Source: Eubacteriales bacterium (GTDB taxonomy: Bacteria > Bacillota > Clostridia > Oscillospirales > CAG-382). Taken from it: a stretch of 64,000 bases of DNA. The notes beneath the pieces are model-generated. The model saw only the letters and a program-made list of their open reading frames with translations. It searched no databases and was not told the origin of the DNA. Made by a program: the position numbers and the translations under genes. The DNA lies in NCBI GenBank assembly GCA_045600125.1, contig JAZRXH010000109.1, forward strand, positions 3,703 to 67,702, in the 5' to 3' direction. Positions within the stretch are counted from its first letter, which is position 1. Every line of letters begins with the position of its first letter. Shown here piece by piece: positions 9,071 to 19,519 of this stretch.

Positions 9071-10060
9071 ATGAGCAAGATCAATATGAAGGGCGGGGCG
9101 CTCCTTGCGCCGCTTCCCGTCGTCCTCGTGACGAGCTGCGGCACCGACCGGGACGGAAAGGAAAAGGTTTGCGGCGTCATGACGGCGGCGTGGACGGGCA
9201 TCGTGAACACGGTACCGCCGAAGACGTATATCGCCGTGCGCAAGAGCCGCTACTCCCACAGCCTCATCGCCTCCTCCGGCGAGTTCGTGCTGAACGTCCC
9301 CTCCTCCGACCTTGTGCGGAAGGTGGACTATTGCGGCATCTACACCGGAGCGAAAGAGGATAAGTTCGGCGCCTGCTCCTTCCACACCGAAAAAGCCGAG
9401 TGCGTCAGCGCTCCCCGAATCGCCGAATGCCCGCTGTGCCTTGAATGCCGGGTGACCGACGTGCGGGAGACGGGAAGCCACGATGTCTTTACGGCGGACA
9501 TCGTGAACGTGGCGATCGACGAAAAGCTGATGGACGAAAAGGGCAAGATCCGTCTTGACAAGGCGCACCTCATGGCGTTTGCCCACGGGGACTATTTCGC
9601 TCTCGGAAAGAAGATCGGCGACTTCGGCTTCTCGGCGCGCAAGAGAAGAACGAGCAGGAGTTTTGACGCTGCCGAAAAAGAAAAAGAGAAAAAGAAGAAG
9701 AAAAACGAGCAGAAAAAGGACGCATCAGAGAAGGACGAGCTCAAGCAAAAATCTTACAAAAAGGATACCGTAAAGAAGGACGAGATCGCTTCCGGCAGAG
9801 ACTTTGCGGCAGACCTTCTTGCCGGCGCCGAGAAAGACGCCGAAAGGATGTTCCTTGAAGAGACCTCCGGCTTTTCCGAAAAGAAGGCTGCCTGGCAAAA
9901 GAACAGGGCAGACTCCGGGAAAAAGTTCACGGGTACTGCCGAAAAGAAATCCTACGGCGAAAAGAAGGCTTCCGGCACCCGCAGGACGGGATACGCCTCC
10001 GGAAAAAGCGGTAAGGGCGCTTACGGCTACGGCGACAGAAAGCCGGGAAAGAAAAAGTAA
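9071..10060 (+). CDS. Flavin reductase-like (FMN-binding split-barrel) protein with about 130-aa Lys/Glu-rich disordered C-terminal tail
   Basis: Flavin_Reduct-like core (LVTSCG..., VMTAAWTG). The tail is low complexity (KEKEKKKKKNEQKKD...GKSGKGAYGYGDRKPGKKK). RBS AAAGGAAG. Confidence 0.7.
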   Translation: MSKINMKGGALLAPLPVVLVTSCGTDRDGKEKVCGVMTAAWTGIVNTVPPKTYIAVRKSRYSHSLIASSGEFVLNVPSSDLVRKVDYCGIYTGAKEDKFGACSFHTEKAECVSAPRIAECPLCLECRVTDVRETGSHDVFTADIVNVAIDEKLMDEKGKIRLDKAHLMAFAHGDYFALGKKIGDFGFSARKRRTSRSFDAAEKEKEKKKKKNEQKKDASEKDELKQKSYKKDTVKKDEIASGRDFAADLLAGAEKDAERMFLEETSGFSEKKAAWQKNRADSGKKFTGTAEKKSYGEKKASGTRRTGYASGKSGKGAYGYGDRKPGKKK

Positions 10061-10088
10061 AACGTAACTTGCAGAAAGGAAAACGATT

Positions 10089-10595
10089 ATGTCCGATATA
10101 AGAATAAGAAAAGCCGTCGAAGGCGACGAGGAGCTGATCCTCGCCTTTATAAAAGAGCTTGCGGAGTACGAGCACATGGCAGACGAGGTGGTGGCGATGC
10201 CGGAGCTTCTCCGTGAGCAGCTGTTTGAGAAAAAATACGCCGAGGTGATCTTCGCCCTCGAGGGAGAAAAGGAAGTGGGCTTTGCTCTGTTCTTCCATAA
10301 TTTCTCCACCTTCCTCGGACGCAACGGCGTTTACCTCGAGGATCTTTTCGTAAAGAAGGAATACCGGGGCAAGGGCTACGGCAAGGGGCTCCTTACGGCG
10401 CTTGCCAAGATCGCCAAGGACTGCGGAAGCGGCAGGCTCGAGTGGTGGTGTCTTGACTGGAACAAGCCCAGCATCGACTTTTATAAATCTCTCGGTGCCG
10501 TCCCCATGTCGGACTGGACGACCTACCGCATCACCGGCAAGACCCTCGACTCGCTTGCCGGCATGGCGCAAGGCGCCTTTTCTGACCGGAAGTAA
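10089..10595 (+). CDS. GNAT family N-acetyltransferase
   Basis: Acetyl-CoA binding motif (KEYRGKGYGKGLL) and GNAT fold length. RBS AAAGGAAAA. Confidence 0.85.
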   Translation: MSDIRIRKAVEGDEELILAFIKELAEYEHMADEVVAMPELLREQLFEKKYAEVIFALEGEKEVGFALFFHNFSTFLGRNGVYLEDLFVKKEYRGKGYGKGLLTALAKIAKDCGSGRLEWWCLDWNKPSIDFYKSLGAVPMSDWTTYRITGKTLDSLAGMAQGAFSDRK

Positions 10596-10609
10596 GGATT
10601 TTCCCGCTC

Positions 10610-10638
10610 TTGACTTTTCAGACAGTATGTGGTATAAT
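10610..10638 (+). promoter_or_regulatory. Sigma-A promoter TTGACT-17-TATAAT (TG extended)
   Basis: TTGACT at 10610-15, 17-nt spacer ending TGg, TATAAT at 10633-38. Precedes the nucleotidyltransferase-kinase operon with a leader of about 140 nt. Confidence 0.6.
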
Positions 10639-10776
10639 CGTTATGGGGGAGAGTGTGCGGATTTGACGATGTCCCTTTGATCTGCACGGATTTCTGCTCC
10701 GTTTCACACTATATTTTACCAAAAACGTATGTCCGATACGATTTTATACGGCTTTGGATTATTGGAGGTCAACGAA

Positions 10777-12714
10777 ATGAAAGATGCGACACTCGTTGTA
10801 ATGGCGGCAGGCATGGGCTCGAGATTCGGCGGGCTGAAGCAGATGGAGCCTGTTACCGGGGACGGCAGAGCCATCCTTGATTATTCTGTCTACGATGCAA
10901 AAAAAGCAGGCTTCAATAAAGTGGTATTCATCATCAAAAAGGAGATCGAAGAGGACTTCAGGGAAATCGTCGGTAAAAGAATCGAAAAGATGATCGACGT
11001 GGAGTACGTTCTCCAAACCATGGAGCACTGTCCGGAGGGAAGAAAAAAGCCCCTCGGCACAGGACACGCCATCTACTGCTGCAAGGATGTGGTCAAGACT
11101 CCCTTCGCAGTCATCAACGCCGACGACTATTACGGCTGCAACGCCTTCCGTGAGATCCGCAAGCAGCTGGACAAGGCGGAAGGTCTCGACACCTGCATGG
11201 TAGGTTACCTTCTTGAAAACACCACCACCGAGAACGGCACGGTGGCAAGAGGCGTCTGCGAAGTAGCGGACGGTCATCTTGTGAACATCACCGAGCGCAC
11301 CAAGATCGCAAACGATCTGCGCTATACCGAGGACGGCGGAAGCACCTGGACACAGCTCCCGAAGGGCACCATCGTTTCGATGAATCTCTGGGGCTTCACG
11401 CCCGCTGTTTTCGGCGAGATCGAGAAGGATTTCAAGGACTTCCTCAAGACGGCGGATCTTAACACCGCCGAGTTCTATATTCCCACCGTCGTCGACAATC
11501 TCATAAAGCGCGGCAAAGCCACCGTCACGGTGCTGAAGAACACCGACAAGTGGTACGGCATGACCTACAAGGAAGACAAGGACGAGGTCACCGCCGCTAT
11601 CTCCGAGCTCGTGAAGGCGGGAGCCTACGAGGGCATCAACGATGCGGACATTCTGATGATGGCAAAGCAGTTCGCCACCGACTCGAAGCCGGTGAGCGCC
11701 GTGCCCTTCGGCGAAGGACACATCAACGGCACTTATCTCGTAATGACCGAAAGCGGCAAAAAGTATACGCTTCAGAAGATCAACACCAACGTCTTCAAAA
11801 AGCCGGTGGAGGTCATGGAGAATATCACCCTCGTCCTTGACTACATAAGAGATATGGCGGCAAAGGAGGGGAAGGATCCCGAAACGAGCTGCCTGCGGGT
11901 CATCTACACAAAGGACGGCAAGAAGCTCATCAACGACGAGCGGGGTGCCTTCCGTATGTATGCCTTCATCGAGGGCGTGACCTATCAGACGGTGGAAAAG
12001 CCGGAGCACTTCTACTGTGCCGCCAAGGCCTTCGGTCATTTCCAGAAGCTCCTTTCGGACTTCCCTGCCGAAAAGCTCTATGAGACCATCGAGAATTTCC
12101 ACAACACCCCGTGGCGCTTCGACAACCTTGAAAAGGCTGTGAAGGAAGACAAGATGGGACGTCTTGCCGAAGTACAGGCAGACGTGGACTTCGCCATGGC
12201 AAGACGGGAGGAGGCGGCGCAGGTGGTGAAAGCCATCGCCGACGGCAGTATGCCTCTCCGTGTTACCCACAACGATACAAAGCTCAATAACGTGCTTCTC
12301 GATGAAAACGGCGAAGCGCTCTGCATCCTCGACCTCGACACGGTCATGCCCGGTTCGATGCTGTACGACTTCGGCGACTCGATCCGCTTCGGTGCGACCC
12401 ATGCTGCCGAGGACGAGCACGATCTTTCCAAGGTGGATGTGGATCTCGAGCTCTTCGAGCAGTACGTCAAGGGCTTCCTCTCGGAGGTGGGCGACACCAT
12501 CGCTCCGAAGGAGAAAGAGCTTCTCGCCTTCTCCGCAAAGCTCCTCACGCTGGAATGCGGCATCCGCTTCCTCGCCGACTATCTGGAGGGCGACACCTAC
12601 TTCAAGATCCACTATCCCGATCAGAACCTCCGCCGTACCCGCACCCAGCTGAAGCTCGTGGCGGATATGGAAAAGAAGATGGACGAGATGAACCGGATCG
12701 TCGCAAAGTACTGA
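10777..12714 (+). CDS. Bifunctional sugar-1-phosphate nucleotidyltransferase (N-terminal, GlmU/RmlA-like NTP_transferase) fused to an APH/ChoK-fold sugar/anomeric kinase (C-terminal); MurU/AmgK- or NahK-like salvage enzyme
   Basis: N-terminal GxGxRF motif (AAGMGSRFGG) and the nucleotidyltransferase fold. C-terminal protein-kinase-like motifs (HNDTKLNNVLLD, ILDLDTV). Start set at MKDATLVV (10777) with GGAGG 8 nt upstream. Confidence 0.75.
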   Translation: MKDATLVVMAAGMGSRFGGLKQMEPVTGDGRAILDYSVYDAKKAGFNKVVFIIKKEIEEDFREIVGKRIEKMIDVEYVLQTMEHCPEGRKKPLGTGHAIYCCKDVVKTPFAVINADDYYGCNAFREIRKQLDKAEGLDTCMVGYLLENTTTENGTVARGVCEVADGHLVNITERTKIANDLRYTEDGGSTWTQLPKGTIVSMNLWGFTPAVFGEIEKDFKDFLKTADLNTAEFYIPTVVDNLIKRGKATVTVLKNTDKWYGMTYKEDKDEVTAAISELVKAGAYEGINDADILMMAKQFATDSKPVSAVPFGEGHINGTYLVMTESGKKYTLQKINTNVFKKPVEVMENITLVLDYIRDMAAKEGKDPETSCLRVIYTKDGKKLINDERGAFRMYAFIEGVTYQTVEKPEHFYCAAKAFGHFQKLLSDFPAEKLYETIENFHNTPWRFDNLEKAVKEDKMGRLAEVQADVDFAMARREEAAQVVKAIADGSMPLRVTHNDTKLNNVLLDENGEALCILDLDTVMPGSMLYDFGDSIRFGATHAAEDEHDLSKVDVDLELFEQYVKGFLSEVGDTIAPKEKELLAFSAKLLTLECGIRFLADYLEGDTYFKIHYPDQNLRRTRTQLKLVADMEKKMDEMNRIVAKY

Positions 12715-12748
12715 TTTTCCCTTTCTTCTCGCTAAATATGAGGTCCAG

Positions 12749-13918
12749 ATGAAAAGTAACAGAATACTCTGCCTGCTGCTGTCGGCGCTCCTTTTTCTCG
12801 GAGCGGGAGCGATTCCGGCATTATGCACCCTTGCCGACGGTGAGGAAGCAGTCGTGCAGACTGCCCCCGAGACAGCCGTACCGGAAGCACCGGCATGGCA
12901 GGAGCCTGCGGCTGCGCCTGTTGCGGAAACGCCTCCGACATACGTCGAGCCCGCTCCCGAACAGCCTGCCGTACTCCCCGTGCTCCCCGAGCCGCCGACC
13001 GAAACGGGCACCGCACCGATGCAGGACGTACCGCCCGCCGATCCGGAGCCGATAGCCGTGACGCCTCCTGCCGAGGTCATTACGGCGGAGCCGGTACAGA
13101 CGCCCGAAGTGCCGCTTTCTCCGGAGGTCCCCGCCTACACGCCGCCGGAAATCCCCGCTTACACGCCGCCGCAGGTTCCCGTACAGCCTCCCGTAATCCC
13201 GCCCGTTTCCACCGGGGGCACCGCTTCTCAAGGAAGCACCTCCCCGAAGCCGCCGGTGTCAAAGCCGAACAAGGACGACGCCTACGACTACGATACGGGA
13301 ATAAAGGTCGAACATGGCAAACTCCTCGACGTGCCCTACATCAATCAGCAGAGGGACTACCCCAACGGCTGTGAGAGCGTATCGGCGGTCATGGCACTGA
13401 AATATGCGGGCGTGGACATTTCGGTGGAAAAATTCATAAAGAACCACCTGCCGACAGAAGACTCTCCTCACTTCGAGGGGGAAACCCTCGTAGCGTGCGA
13501 CCCTCGGAAGGCATACCCCGGAAACCCGAGAGACAACAGCGGCTGGGGCTGCTACCCGGAGGTCATAAAGGCTGCCGTCGACGATATGAAGCTGAAAAAG
13601 CACAAGGCGATCGTTCTGAAAGACGTGGCGCTGTCGACTCTCTGCACGGAATACATCGACAAGGATATTCCGGTCGTTCTCTGGGCGACCATTGACATGC
13701 TGAAGCCATACAGCTTCCGCACGTGGCGCATCGAGGGCACAAACGAAGAGCACACCTACGTGATGCCCTTCCACTGCCTTGTCCTTGTGGGCTACGATGA
13801 GGACTCCTTCTATTTCAACGACCCGTGGCGGGCAAAGCAGGTAAGTTACCCGAAGAACGACGTGGAGCGCGCCTATTCCGGCCTCGGAAGAGAAGCGCTG
13901 GTCATCGTGAAAAAATAA
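12749..13918 (+). CDS. Secreted peptidase C39-like (Peptidase_C39_2/BtrH-like) domain protein with Pro-rich linker
   Basis: Signal peptide, about 150-aa Pro/Thr/Glu-rich low-complexity region, then the C39-like core (YINQQRDYPNGCESVSAVMAL ... HCLVLVGYD). Same operon as the NTase-kinase (34-nt gap). Confidence 0.65.
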   Translation: MKSNRILCLLLSALLFLGAGAIPALCTLADGEEAVVQTAPETAVPEAPAWQEPAAAPVAETPPTYVEPAPEQPAVLPVLPEPPTETGTAPMQDVPPADPEPIAVTPPAEVITAEPVQTPEVPLSPEVPAYTPPEIPAYTPPQVPVQPPVIPPVSTGGTASQGSTSPKPPVSKPNKDDAYDYDTGIKVEHGKLLDVPYINQQRDYPNGCESVSAVMALKYAGVDISVEKFIKNHLPTEDSPHFEGETLVACDPRKAYPGNPRDNSGWGCYPEVIKAAVDDMKLKKHKAIVLKDVALSTLCTEYIDKDIPVVLWATIDMLKPYSFRTWRIEGTNEEHTYVMPFHCLVLVGYDEDSFYFNDPWRAKQVSYPKNDVERAYSGLGREALVIVKK

Positions 13919-14013
13919 CGGTGCAGATATAAGGCAAACGCAAAACGGCGGGGAAATGCGCCGCATGACGTCATTTTTCAAGAAAAGAGCGCCGAAAAAA
14001 GTGAAACGGGCGT

Positions 14014-14042
14014 ATAAAAGTACTTGAAAAAGCGGAAAGTTT
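14014..14042 (+). promoter_or_regulatory. Sigma-A promoter TTGAAA-17-TATCAT upstream of glyQS
   Basis: Hexamers at 14014-19 and 14037-42. Leaves a leader of about 220 nt before glyQS. Confidence 0.55.
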
Positions 14043-14265
14043 GTGGTATCATAGAATATCCGCTTTTCCGGCATCCCCTTTTATCCCCTTTTTTTAAGAA
14101 GGCAAAAAAGACACGTCCGATCCTCCCAAGGCTTACGGAAGGAGCACGGGCGGCAAAAGAAGGACGCCGGGCAAAGAAGATCAAAAACGTATTTTTGAAA
14201 GGAAAACTCCGCCTCTCATTTTTCCGATGGGAAGAGTAGGATTTTCCGGGAAAGGATGAATAAAA

Positions 14266-15657
14266 ATGCAGAACTCCGAAAAGACAATGGACAAGATCGT
14301 CGCCTACTGCAAGGGCAGAGGCTTCGTGTACGCAGGCAGCGAGATCTACGGCGGCCTTGCAAACTCCTGGGACTACGGCCCTCTCGGCGTTGAGCTCAAG
14401 AACAACGTGAAGAAGGCATGGTGGAAGAAGTTCGTTCAGGAATCCAAGTACAACGTCGGTCTTGACGCCGCCATCATCATGAACCCCGAAACGTGGGTAG
14501 CCTCCGGCCATCTCGGCGGCTTCTCCGACCCCCTTATGGACTGCAAGCAGTGTAAGACAAGACACAGAGCAGACAAGCTCATCGAGGACTATGTGGCAAA
14601 GAACGGTCTTTCGGACAATCCTGCCGGCATGAGCGATGCGCAGATGATGGAATACATCAAGGAGCATCATATCGTCTGCCCCGACTGCGGCAGCGGCGAC
14701 TTCACCGACATCCGTAAGTTCAACCTCATGTTCAAGACCTTTCAGGGCGTTACCGAGGATGCGACCTCGACCCTTTACCTCCGTCCCGAGACGGCGCAGG
14801 GTATTTTCGTAAACTTCAAGAACATCCAGAGAACCACCAGAAAGAAGATCCCCTTCGGCGTATGCCAGATCGGTAAGTCCTTCCGTAACGAGATCACCCC
14901 CGGCAACTTCACCTTCCGTACCAGAGAGTTCGAGCAGATGGAGCTTGAGTTCTTCTGCGAGCCCGGCACCGACCTTGACTGGTTCAACTACTGGAGAAGC
15001 TTCTGCAAGACATGGCTTCTTGATCTCGGCATGAAGGAAGAAAACCTCCGTCTGCGCGACCACGATCCCGAGGAGCTTTGCTTCTATTCCAAGGCGACCA
15101 CCGACTTCGAGTTCCTCTTCCCGTTCGGCTGGGGCGAGCTCTGGGGCGTTGCCGACAGAACCGACTATGACCTCACACAGCACACCAAGCATTCCGGCGA
15201 AGCCCTCGAGTACTTCGATCAGGAAGGCGGCAAGAAGTATATCCCCTACGTAGTAGAGCCTTCTCTCGGCGCCGACAGAGTGACCCTTGCGTTCCTCATC
15301 GACGCATACGACGAGGAAGAGCTGGAGGGCGGCGACGTGCGTACCGTTCTTCATCTGCATCCGACCCTTGCTCCCTTCAAGGCGGCTGTGCTTCCTCTTT
15401 CCAAGAAGCTCTCGGAAAAGGCGGGCGAGGTTTATGACGGGCTCCGCAAGTACTTCATGGTAGACTACGACGAAGCCGGCTCCATCGGCAAGCGTTACCG
15501 CCGTGAGGACGAGATCGGCACTCCTCTCTGCATCACCTACGACTTTGACTCCGAGACCGACGGCTGCGTGACCGTCCGTGACAGAGACACCATGGAGCAG
15601 GAGAGGATCAAGATCGAGGATCTGAAGGCGTACATCGAAAAGAAGATCGCATTCTGA
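14266..15657 (+). CDS. glyQS: Glycine--tRNA ligase (alpha2 dimeric class II, GlyQS)
   Basis: Strong similarity over full length (class II motifs; anticodon-binding C-terminal domain). RBS AAAGGA 9 nt upstream. Confidence 0.9.
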   Translation: MQNSEKTMDKIVAYCKGRGFVYAGSEIYGGLANSWDYGPLGVELKNNVKKAWWKKFVQESKYNVGLDAAIIMNPETWVASGHLGGFSDPLMDCKQCKTRHRADKLIEDYVAKNGLSDNPAGMSDAQMMEYIKEHHIVCPDCGSGDFTDIRKFNLMFKTFQGVTEDATSTLYLRPETAQGIFVNFKNIQRTTRKKIPFGVCQIGKSFRNEITPGNFTFRTREFEQMELEFFCEPGTDLDWFNYWRSFCKTWLLDLGMKEENLRLRDHDPEELCFYSKATTDFEFLFPFGWGELWGVADRTDYDLTQHTKHSGEALEYFDQEGGKKYIPYVVEPSLGADRVTLAFLIDAYDEEELEGGDVRTVLHLHPTLAPFKAAVLPLSKKLSEKAGEVYDGLRKYFMVDYDEAGSIGKRYRREDEIGTPLCITYDFDSETDGCVTVRDRDTMEQERIKIEDLKAYIEKKIAF

Positions 15658-15685
15658 TTTTATCCGCTCATCCTTTGAAAAGCTT

Positions 15686-15725
15686 CCCGGGCAGCCCCCT
15701 GCGGGTATGTCCGGGATCTTTTTGC
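15686..15725 (+). terminator. Rho-independent terminator after glyQS
   Basis: Nested hairpin CCCGG(GCAGCCCCCTGC)GGGTATGTCCGGG followed by ATCTTTTTGC. Confidence 0.5.
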
Positions 15726-15925
15726 TCTCTGCCCGCTCCGAAGGCTCAGCGGCAGGGAAAAATATCATGTAAATTGTTAATTTTTACGCAAGGCAGTTTC
15801 TTTTTCGGCAAGGATGTGCTATAATACTTTTATTATGGTCAATGTTATCCTGCGGTGTTTGTTTGCATTTCAAAGCATAGCGCAGACCTTTGGCTTTCTG
15901 TATAAGGGAGTGTTCTGAAAAGAAT

Positions 15926-16189
15926 ATGAAACAGTACGAATACGCTCCGAAAGGCACCTGCTCCCGGCTTATGCAGGTAGAGATTGACGACGACGGCATC
16001 ATAAGCAAGGTAAAGATCATCGGCGGCTGCTCCGGCAACACCCAGGGCGTTTCAAGGCTCGTGGAAGGAATGGACGCCAAAAAAGCCATCGGGATCTTAA
16101 AAGGGATCAGGTGCGGCTTCAAGCCGACCTCCTGCCCCGATCAGCTCTCGATCGCTCTCGAAAAGTGCCTTGAAGAGGGCGAAAACTGA
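15926..16189 (+). CDS. TSCPD-domain protein (TIGR03905-like small Cys-rich protein)
   Basis: The TSCPD motif is literal in the sequence (FKPTSCPDQ). N-terminus MKQYEYAPKGTCS is typical of the family. Weak extended -10 (TGcTATAAT, 15817-15825) about 100 nt upstream. Confidence 0.65.
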   Translation: MKQYEYAPKGTCSRLMQVEIDDDGIISKVKIIGGCSGNTQGVSRLVEGMDAKKAIGILKGIRCGFKPTSCPDQLSIALEKCLEEGEN

Positions 16190-16248
16190 GAGCCCCCCCA
16201 AAAAACAGTCAACTATTTTTCCAAATCATAAAAGGTGGTCAAAGCAAA

Positions 16249-17964
16249 ATGTCTTACAAGGAAGAATTTGAAAAGTGGCTCTCCTTCGCCTCTCTTGACG
16301 AGGACATGAAGGCGGAGCTCTCCGGAATAAAGAACGACGAGAACGAGCAGAAGGAGCGCTTCGCTTCTCCCCTCTCCTTCGGCACCGCAGGTCTTCGAGG
16401 GATCATGCGTGCCGGTATAAACGGCATGAACCGCTGCACCGTAGCGCAGGCGACCGCCGGTCTTGCCAGCCTCGTAAAGAAGAACGGCGGCGAAAAGAGA
16501 GGCGTGGTCATCGCCTGCGACACGAGAAACAACTCGATGTTTTTCGCAGAAATCTCTGCCAGAGTCCTCGCCTATTTCGGCATAAAAGTCTATATCTTCG
16601 ATGCGCCGAGACCCACTCCCGAGCTTTCCTTCGCTCTGCGTGAGCTGGGAGCCATCGCCGGCATCAACATCACCGCTTCCCACAACCCCCGTGCCTATAA
16701 CGGCTACAAGGTCTACTGGGAGGACGGCGCTCAGCTCCCCCCCGATCACGCCAAGGTCGTATCGGACGAGATCGCAAAGACAGACATTTTCGGCGACTTC
16801 CTTTGTGACCTTGACAAGGCGAAAAAGAGCGGTCTTGTGACCGTCATCGGAAGCGAGATCGACAACAAATTTATCGACCGCATCCTCGAACAGAGGATAT
16901 CCCCCGATGCCGTAGCAAAGGTCGCCGACTCCTTCAAGGTAGTCTACACCGCCATCCACGGCACCGGTGCGGCGCTTGTACCCAAGGCTCTCGAAAGAGC
17001 GGGCATCAAGCACCTTATCACCGTTCCCGAGCAGATGATCGCCGACGGAAATTTCCCCACGGTCAACGTACCGAACCCCGAGGAAAAGCAGTGCTTCGAC
17101 ATGGCGAGAGTCCTCGCCGAGAAGAACGGCTGTGACCTCATTATCGGCACCGACCCGGATGCGGACAGAGTGGGCGTGCTCGTCAAGCAGAAGAACGGCG
17201 AATACTACTCCTTCAACGGAAATCAGATCGGCGCTCTTCTGTGCGACTACATCATCAAAGAGAGAAAGAAGAACGGCAATCTCCCGGCGAACGCCTGCGT
17301 CATCAAGTCCATCGTATCGACAGAGCTTGCCCGCAGGATCTGCGAGAAGAACGGCGTGGCTCTCGTGGACGTACTGACCGGCTTCAAGTTCATCGGCGAA
17401 AAAATCAAGGAATACGAAAAGACCGGTGAACACACCTTCATCCTCGGCTTCGAGGAAAGCTACGGCTATCTTGCCGGCACCTATGCCCGGGACAAGGATG
17501 CGGTGCTTGCCACGCTCCTCATCACCGAAATGGCGGCGGTCTACTCGCAAAAGGGTATGAACCTCTACGACGCTCTTATGGCGATCTTCGAGGAATACGG
17601 CTTCTACGTGGAGAAGGTAGACAACATCGCCATGACGGGTCTTGACGGTCTCGAAAAGCAGAAGAAGCTGATGAGCGACCTTCGGAGTGCGAAAATCACC
17701 GCTCTCGGCGGCATTCCCCTCGCCTTCTTTGCGGATTACCTCGAGGACAGGAAGGTATGCGGCGATACCGTAAGCTCCACGGGACTTCCGAAGTCGGACG
17801 TTCTCTACTACTCGCTGCAGGACGGCTCCACCGTGGTGGTGCGTCCCTCCGGCACCGAGCCCAAGGTCAAGGTATACTACCTTGTAAACGGCAGGGACAA
17901 GGACGAAAGCGAAAAGAAGCTGTGTGCGATCCGGGACGAATTCACCGGTATCCTCGGGATCTGA
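16249..17964 (+). CDS. pgcA: Phosphoglucomutase / phosphomannomutase family (alpha-D-phosphohexomutase)
   Basis: Active-site loop TASHNP, metal-binding DPDADR, sugar-binding GFEESYG and phosphate-binding loops. RBS AAAAGGTGG. Confidence 0.85.
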   Translation: MSYKEEFEKWLSFASLDEDMKAELSGIKNDENEQKERFASPLSFGTAGLRGIMRAGINGMNRCTVAQATAGLASLVKKNGGEKRGVVIACDTRNNSMFFAEISARVLAYFGIKVYIFDAPRPTPELSFALRELGAIAGINITASHNPRAYNGYKVYWEDGAQLPPDHAKVVSDEIAKTDIFGDFLCDLDKAKKSGLVTVIGSEIDNKFIDRILEQRISPDAVAKVADSFKVVYTAIHGTGAALVPKALERAGIKHLITVPEQMIADGNFPTVNVPNPEEKQCFDMARVLAEKNGCDLIIGTDPDADRVGVLVKQKNGEYYSFNGNQIGALLCDYIIKERKKNGNLPANACVIKSIVSTELARRICEKNGVALVDVLTGFKFIGEKIKEYEKTGEHTFILGFEESYGYLAGTYARDKDAVLATLLITEMAAVYSQKGMNLYDALMAIFEEYGFYVEKVDNIAMTGLDGLEKQKKLMSDLRSAKITALGGIPLAFFADYLEDRKVCGDTVSSTGLPKSDVLYYSLQDGSTVVVRPSGTEPKVKVYYLVNGRDKDESEKKLCAIRDEFTGILGI

Positions 17965-18070
17965 CTCCTTTTTGGCAAAAAGAGCCCTGACATAAAAAAC
18001 AATCTGAAAGGGACTGCGCCGTCCGCACTTCCGAGCCCGGTGCAGACTCAAAAGAAAGGAATGGTCAAAA

Positions 18071-19519
18071 ATGGCTGACAAGAAGAAAATCGACAAAATA
18101 ACCTCCCGTGACGTAGACTTTACCCAGTGGTACACCGACATTGTGAAGAACGCCGACCTTGTGGATTACGCAAGCGTCAAGGGCTGCATGATCATCCGTC
18201 CTTACGGCTGGGCGATCTGGGAGAACATTCAGAAGATCCTGGACGGCATGTTCAAGGAAACGGGACACTGCAACGTGTCCATGCCTCTGTTCATTCCGGA
18301 AAGCCTTCTGCAGAGAGAGAAGGATCACGTAGAGGGCTTCGCCCCCGAGGTCGCATGGGTGACCCACGGCGGCAACGAGCCGCTGCAGGAAAGACTCTGC
18401 GTAAGACCGACCTCCGAGACCCTTTTCTGTGAGCATTACGCCAAGATCATCAAGTCCTACCGGGATCTTCCCAAGCTCTACAACCAGTGGTGCAGCGTGG
18501 TAAGATGGGAAAAGACGACCCGTCCGTTCCTCCGCAGCCGTGAGTTCCACTGGCAGGAAGGTCACACCATGCATGCGACCGCCGAAGAGGCGCAGGCAGA
18601 GACGCTGCAGATGCTGAACATCTATGCGGACTTCTGTGAGAAGTACCTCGCCATCCCGGTCATCAAGGGAAGAAAGACCGACAAGGAAAAGTTTGCGGGC
18701 GCTGAGGCGACCTACACCATCGAAGCGCTGATGCACGACGGCCGTGCGCTGCAGTCGGGTACCTCCCACTATTTCGGAGACGGCTTTGCCAAGGCGTTCG
18801 ACATCCAGTATCTCGACAAGGACAACACGCTGAAGTACTGTCACCAGACCTCCTGGGGGATGTCCACGAGAATTATCGGCGGTATCATCATGACCCACGG
18901 CGACGACAACGGTCTCGTGCTTCCTCCGGCGATCGCACCGACGCAGGTAGTCGTTGTTCCGGTACAGCAGCACAAGGAAGGCGTCCTCGACAAGGCGACC
19001 GAGATCTACGAGCTTCTCAAGAAGCAGCTTCGCACCGAGCTTGACGACCGGGATCAGTCCCCCGGATGGAAGTTCGCCGAGCACGAAATGCGGGGTGTAC
19101 CGGTCCGTCTGGAGCTCGGTCCCCGTGATATCGAAAACGGCGAGTGCGTTCTTGTGCGCCGTGACAACGGAGAAAAGATCACGGCGAAGCTGGACGGCAT
19201 TGCCGACACCGTTGCCGCTCTTCTCGACGACATTACAAAGAGCATGTACGAAGCCGCAAAAGCCCGCCGCAACAGCATGACCTACACAGCAAAGGATATG
19301 GACGAACTGAAGGAGATCGCCGCCACGAAGCCCGGCTTCATCAAGACCAAGTGGTGCGGAAGCCTCGAATGCGAGCTTGCCCTCAAAGAACAGGCTGACG
19401 TCACCAGCCGCTGCATGCCCTTCGACGTGGACGAGGTGGGCGACGCCCTCGATACCGACGTTTGCGTCTGCTGCGGCAAGAAGGCCGACAAGACTATCCT
19501 CTGGGGAAAGGCATATTGA
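18071..19519 (+). CDS. proS: Proline--tRNA ligase (archaeal/eukaryote-like type with C-terminal zinc-binding domain)
   Basis: Class II motifs, ProRS core, and the C-terminal CxxC...CxxC region (CGSLEC...CVCCGK). RBS AAAGGA. Confidence 0.9.
   Translation: MADKKKIDKITSRDVDFTQWYTDIVKNADLVDYASVKGCMIIRPYGWAIWENIQKILDGMFKETGHCNVSMPLFIPESLLQREKDHVEGFAPEVAWVTHGGNEPLQERLCVRPTSETLFCEHYAKIIKSYRDLPKLYNQWCSVVRWEKTTRPFLRSREFHWQEGHTMHATAEEAQAETLQMLNIYADFCEKYLAIPVIKGRKTDKEKFAGAEATYTIEALMHDGRALQSGTSHYFGDGFAKAFDIQYLDKDNTLKYCHQTSWGMSTRIIGGIIMTHGDDNGLVLPPAIAPTQVVVVPVQQHKEGVLDKATEIYELLKKQLRTELDDRDQSPGWKFAEHEMRGVPVRLELGPRDIENGECVLVRRDNGEKITAKLDGIADTVAALLDDITKSMYEAAKARRNSMTYTAKDMDELKEIAATKPGFIKTKWCGSLECELALKEQADVTSRCMPFDVDEVGDALDTDVCVCCGKKADKTILWGKAY

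Noticed and set aside
10759-13080. 773-aa minus-strand ORF
   Set aside because: Antisense to the nucleotidyltransferase-kinase gene and the C39-like gene. It spans an operon junction without interruption, which real genes on the opposite strand would not allow, and it has no RBS.
13921-14265. T-box riboswitch upstream of glyQS
   Set aside because: This was expected from Firmicutes biology, but the conserved T-box sequence and a clear specifier-loop arrangement could not be found by eye. It is left as an open question rather than a feature.
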